NCBI GenBank assembly: GCA_021513695.1
Contig: CP084166.1
Coordinates: 2,368,001 to 2,432,000, forward strand
From: Candidatus Heimdallarchaeum aukensis
GTDB lineage: Archaea > Asgardarchaeota > Heimdallarchaeia > Heimdallarchaeales > Heimdallarchaeaceae
Length of the DNA: 64,000 bases
Direction of reading: 5' to 3'
Below are positions 10,348 to 18,874 of the stretch, piece after piece. Below the pieces are notes generated by a model. The model saw only the letters and a list, made by a program, of their open reading frames with translations. It was not told the DNA's origin and did not search any database. The position numbers were made by a program, and so were the translations under genes. How positions within the stretch are numbered: position 1 is the stretch's first letter; each line of letters starts with the position of its first letter.

Positions 10348-10577
10348 AAATGGAACTTATTATGTAAATTTATTAGTTTTCTCCATCTTCTTGTGAACTT
10401 TTTAAACTACTCAAAATAATTTTCTCTAAAACCGGCAAAATATTAATTTCGGGAACATTGACTTATCTCTGGATAAAGTGAGAAAAAATGCGCATTTCGG
10501 ACTTTTCAGCACAATATTTTTATACTACTTTTTTTATCAATGAATTGCATACTACACGTGTGTAGGTGTTAAAAAAA

Positions 10578-11702
10578 ATGAATAAAAAAGGAATCTTTTT
10601 AATGGCATTGTTCTTACTTTCATTCCTTAGTGTAATGCCAACTAAGGCCGTAGTGGAAGATAAGAACACTGTTACCATTACATTGGGAACAGATGTCGCT
10701 GGTTATGTTGACAAAGGTGAACTCTATGTCGAAATTGACCGCGACGTCCTTCCAGATGGAAAAATCTTCTACACTGGAGATGAGCTATGGTTACACTTCT
10801 TCTATGATGTAGCCTATACAAACTTCTTCGGTGCAGCAGCTCCAAATGGAGGTTTCCAATGTGATGCATGGTTCTATGAAGAACCAGATGAAAACGGACT
10901 ATATAATGAAACAAGATTCAGTGGTATGCTAAACGGATATCTAGACGACTACGATTTAGGTCTAACAGATTTCGATCCTTACGACGGTAATACAACCCAA
11001 GAAATAACAATTACCTTAGAGGAAGGATGGCACACCTTTACTATTGTAGCTGCTGAATACATTTCAGACAACACTCATACCGAATTCCACTGGGAATGGG
11101 TAAAAGATCAAGTAAGCTTCTACGTTACTTCTGATACAACCTTAACAGAAGCTCCTGCAGTCGAATCATCCGGTAAGAAAGTCAAATTCGAATCAATCGC
11201 TAAAAACTCTGAAAACATGACCAACGGATTTGATTGGACAGATCCATGGACTGTTCGTCCAGTAGCTGAACCAGCTGCTTATTCAGACCTAGAAATATCA
11301 ACAAAGAAACTAGTAACCAAACTAACTGCTTATTACAACACTACATGGCAAGAATTAAACTTGACTGACTACGTTTGGGATACAGGTTTTGTTGATGAGT
11401 ATTCAATGGGTTATGGTGATGTTGCATGGTTCAATGCTGCTATAAACAACAGTTTAGTACAAGCAACTGAAGGAACTATTCCTTTGAACCTTGGAGTAAA
11501 CTACGTTGTATTTGCAGTAGTTGGATTCCACGCAGCTGATTTTGCAGCACTTTATGGAATACCCTTCCCAACAGTGCAATTCTCAAGCGTAATCTACAAG
11601 ATTGATGTAGTACCAGGACTAGGACCATCATACGGTATCCTTATAAGTGTCTCAATCTTTGGTCTAGTGGCTGCTTTAGGATTAAAGCGCTTCAGAAAAT
11701 AA
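10578..11702 (+). CDS. Secreted surface protein with a signal peptide and a C-terminal TM anchor plus basic tail
   Basis: N-terminus MNKKGIFLMALFLLSFLSVMPTKA. C-terminus GLVAALGLKRFRK. Atypical C-ending codon usage (TTC/TAC/AAC/GAC). Start chosen at the ATG 12 nt inside the track ORF. Confidence 0.55.
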   Translation: MNKKGIFLMALFLLSFLSVMPTKAVVEDKNTVTITLGTDVAGYVDKGELYVEIDRDVLPDGKIFYTGDELWLHFFYDVAYTNFFGAAAPNGGFQCDAWFYEEPDENGLYNETRFSGMLNGYLDDYDLGLTDFDPYDGNTTQEITITLEEGWHTFTIVAAEYISDNTHTEFHWEWVKDQVSFYVTSDTTLTEAPAVESSGKKVKFESIAKNSENMTNGFDWTDPWTVRPVAEPAAYSDLEISTKKLVTKLTAYYNTTWQELNLTDYVWDTGFVDEYSMGYGDVAWFNAAINNSLVQATEGTIPLNLGVNYVVFAVVGFHAADFAALYGIPFPTVQFSSVIYKIDVVPGLGPSYGILISVSIFGLVAALGLKRFRK

Positions 11703-11717
11703 TAAAGGTGAAAAAAA

Positions 11718-13667
11718 ATGAACAAGAAACTATTTATTGCCCTTTTTGTAGTCTCTACAATGTTGGTGTCTAGTGTATATTCTGCTTCAACAAGTAAGGC
11801 TGCAGTAGAACCAATCGCCACTTTAACCTATAAAACAAACGGTGGAGGCTTCCGTCCCGATTATGGTCTTTACATTGCTCAATACTTAAGTGAATTAGGT
11901 ATTAAAGTTAATGTAAAGGTTGAGGAATGGATAGTCTTCGTAGGTACACTGTTAGTTACCTACGACTTTGACCTCGCTTTTGTAGGTTTAGTAGGTGGTG
12001 GTGCAGACCCTGATCTAACAGGTGTATACAACGAAAATGGTTCTCTAAACATGTTTGGTATAAACACCAAAATGCCTTATGGAGCAGAAAATGAAGAAAT
12101 GATGAAGGAAGGAGTCCTCATCATGGATCTTGAAGAAAGACAACAACACTATTATGAATGGCAACAATTAATCATGGACAAAATCTTGCCAATGTTACCA
12201 TTCTTCAGTCCTCGTTCATATGTTGCTAATTGGGCTACATTAGACGGATATGACAATCGTTGGGGTATAATTGACTCCTTACCATACATGGAGTTCACAG
12301 AATTACACGAAGGTCAAACATCCACTGAAGAATTCTATGATTCTGACGCTAAATGGAAAGAATTGAACCCATTGTTGCAAGATGATGCATCAAGTTCTTA
12401 CATTTCATCCTTAGTCATGGAACCATTAATGCAAATGACTCCTGACTTTGAACCAGTCAAAACTGGTATAGTTATCGATTGGGAACAAGATGAAACCAAT
12501 GAACTCTTATACAAATTCACTCTACGTGATGATGTCTACTGGAACCCATCCTTCAACATCACAGGCAGAGATAGTAGCTCTGATCCATTAGTTGATGAAG
12601 ATGGAAACATCGTAGATCCCAGCATCTTAATGGTTGGTGATAAAGGAGAGTTCAGTGATGGAACAAACCAACAAGTAACTGCTAAAGACGCAGTATTCAC
12701 ATTACTTGCTTGGGCAAACCCAATCACCAGTGAAGACGCTGATGTATACAAATGGATTCATGACATATGGGTTGATCCTGAAGATGAATTATCCTTCTGG
12801 ATAGAAATCGATGGTGATCCTGACACTCCTGAACCAGAAAATTATGCACCCTTCTGGTCAGCAATGACTCCAAGATTACTACCAGAATTCTTCTTAAACA
12901 CAACCAACACAACTGTTACATACTCCTCTGGTGGAGTACCAATGGTTGGTTTAGGAGAAGGTATTCTTGATACTCCTCAATGGAAGACCTACAGTACTTC
13001 CGCATTTGGTTGTGGTAAGTACATGTTAGACTACTACGTTGAGAACTCAATTACAGTCTTACAAGCTTCTCCATTCTGGTTTGGTGTAGGAGCCATTGAC
13101 GGAACAGAACAAGATCTAGATATCAAAACCTTCAACATTCGTGTTATTCCAGATCAAACATCTGCATTAGCAGAATTCAAAGCTGGAAAACTCGATATCA
13201 TGGGTATGACTGCCTTCCCAGAGGAAAGAAAGGAGATGGAAACCGATCCTAGATTCGAAGTTCAATCAGCTCTAAGAAGCTATGTTAACTTCATGGGATT
13301 CAACCTCAGAAGACCATTCATCGGTGGAGACGACAACTATGTCTTCTTAACTGAACCTGGTTATGAGGAATATACCAAAGCTCTCGCTGTCAGAAAAGCT
13401 ATTGCATACGCAATCGACAGAGAAGAAATCAACAACGTTCTTCATGATGGTGAATACTTGATCTCTCACAGCGTTATTTATCCAGTACAAGCATTCTGGT
13501 ATTATAACGACATTATCAAGTACAACCATGATCTCGATACAGCTATTGCATGGCTTAAGAGAGCAGGAGTATATAAGGAAGCTGAAGTTACAACAACTCC
13601 ATTACCAATAATTGGTGTTGTTGCAGCAATCATGTCCTTTGTTTTACTCAGAAGGAAGAGAAACTAA
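11718..13667 (+). CDS. ABC-transporter family 5 (OppA/DppA-like) solute-binding protein homolog, C-terminally membrane anchored
   Basis: Signal peptide. SBP_bac_5-like segment KALAVRKAIAYAIDREEINNVL. C-terminal TM followed by RRKRN. Same atypical codon usage as the upstream gene. Confidence 0.55.
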   Translation: MNKKLFIALFVVSTMLVSSVYSASTSKAAVEPIATLTYKTNGGGFRPDYGLYIAQYLSELGIKVNVKVEEWIVFVGTLLVTYDFDLAFVGLVGGGADPDLTGVYNENGSLNMFGINTKMPYGAENEEMMKEGVLIMDLEERQQHYYEWQQLIMDKILPMLPFFSPRSYVANWATLDGYDNRWGIIDSLPYMEFTELHEGQTSTEEFYDSDAKWKELNPLLQDDASSSYISSLVMEPLMQMTPDFEPVKTGIVIDWEQDETNELLYKFTLRDDVYWNPSFNITGRDSSSDPLVDEDGNIVDPSILMVGDKGEFSDGTNQQVTAKDAVFTLLAWANPITSEDADVYKWIHDIWVDPEDELSFWIEIDGDPDTPEPENYAPFWSAMTPRLLPEFFLNTTNTTVTYSSGGVPMVGLGEGILDTPQWKTYSTSAFGCGKYMLDYYVENSITVLQASPFWFGVGAIDGTEQDLDIKTFNIRVIPDQTSALAEFKAGKLDIMGMTAFPEERKEMETDPRFEVQSALRSYVNFMGFNLRRPFIGGDDNYVFLTEPGYEEYTKALAVRKAIAYAIDREEINNVLHDGEYLISHSVIYPVQAFWYYNDIIKYNHDLDTAIAWLKRAGVYKEAEVTTTPLPIIGVVAAIMSFVLLRRKRN

Positions 13668-13785
13668 ATTTTCAAACATTTTCTTTTTTTCTATTTTTTT
13701 TTGAATTCAGTTCAGTTTTGACGATTGTTAAAATTTTTAACTGTTGCTGATTTTTGTTTCACATAAAAGGTCAAGTGTTTGTCTT

Positions 13786-14214
13786 ATGCGTTGCCCCTAC
13801 TGTGGTTATCATAAAATAGTTAAGAAAGCAGATAAAAGATTAATCCATGAGTGTCCTAGATGTAAGTATCAATTTGAAGTCAGTTTTTCTAAAATGATGT
13901 TTGAGAAAATTTTTTCTATACCTTTTTCTTCAGTCATTGTCTTCTCGGTTATCCAAGTGATGTGTTTTTCTCTGTCACTTATTTCAAATGAATTTTTATC
14001 TAAATCTTTTTGGAATAGTTTCACTGTATTTAACGCTCTCTTTCTTGTAGTGCAGCTCTTTTTATATTTCATTTACGTAGAACCCAAACAGATTTTCCTA
14101 ATAAAAGATAAAGTGAGTTTTATACGTAAAATTGTCTATCTTTCCCCTTTCTTAAAAATCTCAATGTTAATAGTTGTCACAATAATTACTATTCAAATTA
14201 TAGTCATTAAATAA
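13786..14214 (+). CDS. Zinc-ribbon membrane protein, hypothetical
   Basis: N-terminal CPYCGY...CPRC zinc ribbon followed by 3-4 TM helices. ATG at 13786 is preferred over the TTG at 13744. Confidence 0.4.
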   Translation: MRCPYCGYHKIVKKADKRLIHECPRCKYQFEVSFSKMMFEKIFSIPFSSVIVFSVIQVMCFSLSLISNEFLSKSFWNSFTVFNALFLVVQLFLYFIYVEPKQIFLIKDKVSFIRKIVYLSPFLKISMLIVVTIITIQIIVIK

Positions 14215-14299
14215 AGAAATGGTGAAATGATTTTTTCATTTCTTACTTCTTGGAAAAAAAAGATTCAAAGTCCTTTAGAATTTGAGTTAGTAGTGACAC

Positions 14300-15067
14300 T
14301 TAACTCTTTATTCTTATTTTTATCCTCTTAGAGCACCAATTTATTATGCTTTTTGCAATAATAAACTTCTGAAATTTTTTGCCAATCTTCTCTTTCGTGA
14401 GAGTGTTTACTTTTGAGTATTTTCCTATTTTTTCTCCAAAGTCATACCCAAAAAGGATAACTTTTTTTATTTCTGAATTTACGGCAAAACAAACAGCTCT
14501 ATCACCATCTGTAAAACCTAAAAAATTTCTAAAATTTCCTAATTCTTCTGTTTGTGTTGAAAATAACACGTTTCCTGCCTTTATTAGTTTGGGTAGATAT
14601 TTCTTTGCTTGTTCAAGATTATCCCCGTGAATATGAACAATCATAGTAGAACCGAGTCTTTGGGCTTCTATTTGATCTTCTACGCAACCGTCTAAATCAG
14701 AAATAATAACTTCAGGAATCAGGTTCTGTTCTAATAAAAATGTTGTAGCCCCATCAACTGAAATAAGAACGGTGTTAGTAACATTTTTTGATTTTATTTC
14801 TTTAATTTTTTTTGCTGTTTCATTTGATAAACTATTTCCAGGGGCTATAATTATTGCTGTTTTTCTTTTTAATTCATTTACTAACTCTTCAACCCTTAAA
14901 TTAGGTTTGAATAAGTTATCAATATCCTTCACAGCATTTAAGTCGCTTTGTGGAGAAATATTTAGAAAATCACATATCGCAGGATACCAATGTTCTAGCC
15001 AAGTGGAAAGAGAAAAATCTAGTTTCTCAAGTTGAAGAAACAATGTATTTTCAGTCTTAAAAATCAT
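14300..15067 (-). CDS. DUF115 / MptE-like protein (archaeal 6-hydroxymethylpterin diphosphokinase family)
   Basis: Segments APGNSL ... ISDLDG ... HIHGDN resemble the MptE/Maf (PF01973) family. Recalled from memory, not searched. Confidence 0.45.
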   Translation of the reverse strand: MIFKTENTLFLQLEKLDFSLSTWLEHWYPAICDFLNISPQSDLNAVKDIDNLFKPNLRVEELVNELKRKTAIIIAPGNSLSNETAKKIKEIKSKNVTNTVLISVDGATTFLLEQNLIPEVIISDLDGCVEDQIEAQRLGSTMIVHIHGDNLEQAKKYLPKLIKAGNVLFSTQTEELGNFRNFLGFTDGDRAVCFAVNSEIKKVILFGYDFGEKIGKYSKVNTLTKEKIGKKFQKFIIAKSIINWCSKRIKIRIKS

Positions 15068-16832
15068 CTAAATCTTCCTTTGTTATCTTTCTTTTGCTCT
15101 CTAGCTTAAGAAGAGCAGTGTTATATCTACTAACTACATCATTGAAGTTTATAAAACCAATGACTTTCTTATCATTTTTTAAGGATACTACTGGCATCCC
15201 TTCAATATTATTGTCTTTTAACTTTGCGATGACTACTCTTAATGTATCACTTGGTTTAACGGTTATTACGTTTTCAGTCATTACTTCGTGAACATACTTT
15301 TTATTAGAAGAAAAACCTCTTGAGAAATCTGAACTCGCAATAATTCCAACAAGATTATCTTCTTCGTCAAAAACAGATATGGCTGAAACTTTGTGCAGAT
15401 ATAGTAGTGAAATTGTATTCTTAAGTAGGTCATTCTTTTTTACTTTGGGAAAAACAGTATCCATTGCTTCAGAAACTTTTATTCCTTCCAAGATGTCAGT
15501 ATTGCTTATTTTTTTCCTTAATATGACTTCTTTGCTTTGTACTTGTCCAGTATATAGACTGAAATCCATGGAAACTACAAAAGCTGCAGCATTTGATAGA
15601 ATTATTGGAATAACAAGAGAAGGAAATCCTAACATTTCTAAAACAATAAGCATAGATGCAATCGGAGTTTTTGTAGTGGCTGCATGCATTGCAGACATTC
15701 CTACTATAATAAATGCAATATAATTGACGCCAGGAAAGATCTTAGAATAAACAGCCCCCAAAACAGCTCCTGTTACTAGCGATGGACCCATGACTCCTCC
15801 AGATGCACCCATTCCAACACATGTGGAAGTAACAATAATTTTACCAAGAAAAAGAAGAAGTAGAATAGAAAAACCTATATTTTCACCTTTCTCTAAAAGA
15901 AAATTTATCGCTTGAAAACCTGTTCCTTGTAAAGATAGACCTTCTGGTAATCCTAAACTGAACAAAAAGACGATAAGAGCTGTAATTGTCATTCCAATAA
16001 AAGGGAGAATATATGACCATTTTATGTATCTATTAACTAAATTTGTAAGGGATTTATATAGTAATGAAAAACCTATTCCTGAAATTCCAGAAATAACTCC
16101 TAATAATAAGAACAAAAGAGAATTAACAATTGTAAGCTGTACTGGAGCTGTTTCAATATCTAAATAAACAGGGTGGGAGTTTAGTGCTGTCAAAATTGCC
16201 ATTGAAACTAAAAGAGAAATTGCACTTCCCAAAAGAGCAGGAAGAAATACTGTTTCATCAAGATCGTGTTTGTATGGAACTTCAGAAGCAAAAACTGTTC
16301 CACCTAAAGGAGAACGAAAAACTGCTGCAGTGCAAGCTGCTGCTCCTATTGTTATAGCATGTGTAGCATCATCTTGGTTGAATTTCATTTTTTCTCCTAA
16401 AGAATAAGCCATCGCTGCTCCTATTGTAACAGATGGTCCTTCTCTTCCTGCAGGAGCATTTACTCCCAAAGTGAGAAAACTTGCTACAAACTTTGACCAA
16501 ATAACTCGAATAGGAATTTTCTTTCCCGTGTTTTTATGTTCTAAAATATAGGAAATTCCTGCTCCTCGCACTTCATCAAACCCAAAATAAAGGAAGAGTG
16601 ATATTAATGCTCCAGTTAATGGAAAAGAAATCAAAATAGAAATTTGAGACAACCATTTTTGAGTATTAACTACAAGGCTTGCAAACAAACCCATTACAAC
16701 TCCACTTATAATACCAGTAATGATTGCAAAGGGAAACCATTTTTTGCTATATTTCCAATATTTGATAAAAACCTCTTTAAAATTCCTAAAAAATCTCTTA
16801 TTTTCTTTATCATTTATTGCTTTTTTTTTCAC
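15057..16832 (-). CDS. ClC family chloride channel/transporter with a C-terminal CBS pair
   Basis: GREGP selectivity motif (NAPAGREGPSVTIGAAMA). Several GxxxP/GG motifs, about 11 TM helices, C-terminal CBS domains. Confidence 0.8.
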   Translation of the reverse strand: MKKKAINDKENKRFFRNFKEVFIKYWKYSKKWFPFAIITGIISGVVMGLFASLVVNTQKWLSQISILISFPLTGALISLFLYFGFDEVRGAGISYILEHKNTGKKIPIRVIWSKFVASFLTLGVNAPAGREGPSVTIGAAMAYSLGEKMKFNQDDATHAITIGAAACTAAVFRSPLGGTVFASEVPYKHDLDETVFLPALLGSAISLLVSMAILTALNSHPVYLDIETAPVQLTIVNSLLFLLLGVISGISGIGFSLLYKSLTNLVNRYIKWSYILPFIGMTITALIVFLFSLGLPEGLSLQGTGFQAINFLLEKGENIGFSILLLLFLGKIIVTSTCVGMGASGGVMGPSLVTGAVLGAVYSKIFPGVNYIAFIIVGMSAMHAATTKTPIASMLIVLEMLGFPSLVIPIILSNAAAFVVSMDFSLYTGQVQSKEVILRKKISNTDILEGIKVSEAMDTVFPKVKKNDLLKNTISLLYLHKVSAISVFDEEDNLVGIIASSDFSRGFSSNKKYVHEVMTENVITVKPSDTLRVVIAKLKDNNIEGMPVVSLKNDKKVIGFINFNDVVSRYNTALLKLESKRKITKEDLDDF

Positions 16833-17031
16833 ACTTCTAACTTGAAAAGAACTCTTTTATTTTTTTCTCCATCTTATAGTTGAGAAAAATTTCTTCTTAA
16901 ATTCCTTTAGTTAGGAAAACAAATGTAAAATTGATAAACTATTATTATAAATATTTAATTATATATAACGATTAATAGTTATCTAAAATTTAATATATTT
17001 GCTTAAAATCGAGAGTTATAGGGGATTAGTG

Positions 17032-18804
17032 ATGAAATTGCGATTGCCACATGTGAATTTTAAGTTACCGAGTTATACAAAAAAATGGTTGCTATTAGAT
17101 GTATTAGGAATAATTATTGGTATTATTGGAGGGTTAGGAGCAGTATTCTTTCGTTTTATTTTAAAGTACCTCAAGATCTTCTTTTTTGATATCTTGTTAC
17201 CATTAGTTACAATAAATGTTGGTGGATTTAATTTAGGTTATATATTTCTTCCAATAATTGGGGCTTTAATTGTAGGGCCTGTTGTTATGTTTTTTGCTCC
17301 TGAAACTAAAGGACATGGTGTTCCTGAAGTGATGGAATCTGTAGCATTAAAAGGAGGGGAGATAAGAAAAAGAGTTGCTTTTCTAAAAGTGGCTGTTTCT
17401 TCTATAACTATCGGTTCTGGAGGCAGTGCGGGAAGAGAAGGACCAATTGCCCAAATAGGTGCAACACTTGGCTCATTCTTTGGAGGACTATTCAAACTTG
17501 ATCCACAACATAAAAAGCTGATGGTTGTTTGCGGTCTATCTGCTGGTATAGCTGGGACATTTAATGCTCCACTTGGCGGAGCGTTATTTGGAATGGAAGT
17601 GCTGTTGAGAGGAATAGGATTATTTAACGCAATGCCAGTAATTTTGTCTTCTGTAGTTTCTGTAGGTGTAGCTTCAGTGTTGATTCCGATAGCATTAGGT
17701 GAAGAAGTAGGACCTGCTTTTATTATAGATATAGCAACATCATGGAATCCTGCAGAACTGCCTTTATATATTGTTTTAGGAATAGTATTTGGATTATTGT
17801 CAATATTATGGGTAAAAGGATTCTACTTTATAGAGGATATTTTTGACAAACTAAAAATTTATCCTCATCTAAAACCAGCAATTGGAGCCTTTTTTACAGG
17901 ATTAATTATTGTCTTCTTCCCAACATATGGTATCGCTGGAGTTGGTTATGAAGGGATAGAACTTGCTCTTGTTGGAGAAATAACTTTGGGTTTATTAATA
18001 GCTCTAGGTTTTCTCAAAATTCTAGCAACAGGATTCTCAATTGGTTCGGGAGGAAGTGGAGGAATCTTTGCTCCTAGTTTATATATAGGCGCTATGTTTG
18101 GAACTGCAATAGGCATGGTTTTTAAATTAATTTTTCCAGGAACTGTGTCTAATTGGACAACATATTCATTAGCTGGTATGGGCGCTTTATTTGCAGGTGC
18201 AGCACAAGCTCCAATAAATGTAATAATAATGATTCCAGAGATGACCAACGATTATTTATTGATACCACCAATTGCTATTGCTTCATTCATCAGTTTTTTC
18301 ATTAATTGGATATTCATGAAAGGGACTTCAATTTACACAATAAAATTAGAAAGAAGAGGAGTTAAAATTAGAATGGGTAGTCCTTTCATTTTAGAATTAG
18401 TGAAAAACGAAGAAATAATGACAAAAGATGTGGTTACTCTCCAAGAAAAGTTTCCTGTTTCAATCCTAGAGCTATACTTTGAAGAACATCAACACCATGG
18501 ATATCCAGTGCTAAATGAAGAAAAGAAACTTGTGGGAGTTGTAACCTTGGGAGACTTGCAAAAGTTAGAAGAGGAAGAAAGAAAAAACAAAATCATTGGA
18601 GATATTTGTTCAAGAGAGCTTGTGACCGTTAAAGCAGAAGAAACAGTCTCTGAAGCTTTAAGAAAAATGAATGAGTTTGATATTGGTAGAGTAATTGTTG
18701 TAGATAGTGAAGACCCTAATAAAATAAAAGGAATAGTTACGAGAACTGATATAATGAATGCTTATCGTATTGCTTCACAAAACCCGGCACTTACAACACT
18801 TTAA
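17032..18804 (+). CDS. ClC family chloride channel/transporter with a C-terminal CBS pair (second, divergent copy)
   Basis: GSGGSAGREGPIAQIG, GGIFAPSLYIGAMFG, C-terminal CBS pair. ATG at 17032 follows an AGGGGA SD-like motif; the track start is a TTG at 16999. Confidence 0.8.
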   Translation: MKLRLPHVNFKLPSYTKKWLLLDVLGIIIGIIGGLGAVFFRFILKYLKIFFFDILLPLVTINVGGFNLGYIFLPIIGALIVGPVVMFFAPETKGHGVPEVMESVALKGGEIRKRVAFLKVAVSSITIGSGGSAGREGPIAQIGATLGSFFGGLFKLDPQHKKLMVVCGLSAGIAGTFNAPLGGALFGMEVLLRGIGLFNAMPVILSSVVSVGVASVLIPIALGEEVGPAFIIDIATSWNPAELPLYIVLGIVFGLLSILWVKGFYFIEDIFDKLKIYPHLKPAIGAFFTGLIIVFFPTYGIAGVGYEGIELALVGEITLGLLIALGFLKILATGFSIGSGGSGGIFAPSLYIGAMFGTAIGMVFKLIFPGTVSNWTTYSLAGMGALFAGAAQAPINVIIMIPEMTNDYLLIPPIAIASFISFFINWIFMKGTSIYTIKLERRGVKIRMGSPFILELVKNEEIMTKDVVTLQEKFPVSILELYFEEHQHHGYPVLNEEKKLVGVVTLGDLQKLEEEERKNKIIGDICSRELVTVKAEETVSEALRKMNEFDIGRVIVVDSEDPNKIKGIVTRTDIMNAYRIASQNPALTTL

Positions 18805-18874
18805 TAACTTTTTTCTCTTTTTTCTTGAAAAAGCATAATCTTGAAAAGGTAAAAAAAGAAAAGAATAATAGGCA

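Noticed and set aside
10560-10570. Exact start codon of the 10566 ORF
   Set aside because: By my manual count the GTG lies at about 10565-10567, one base off the ORF-track coordinate. The discrepancy could not be resolved without tools. The annotated start uses the track frame and the internal ATG (+12 nt), which gives a canonical signal peptide.
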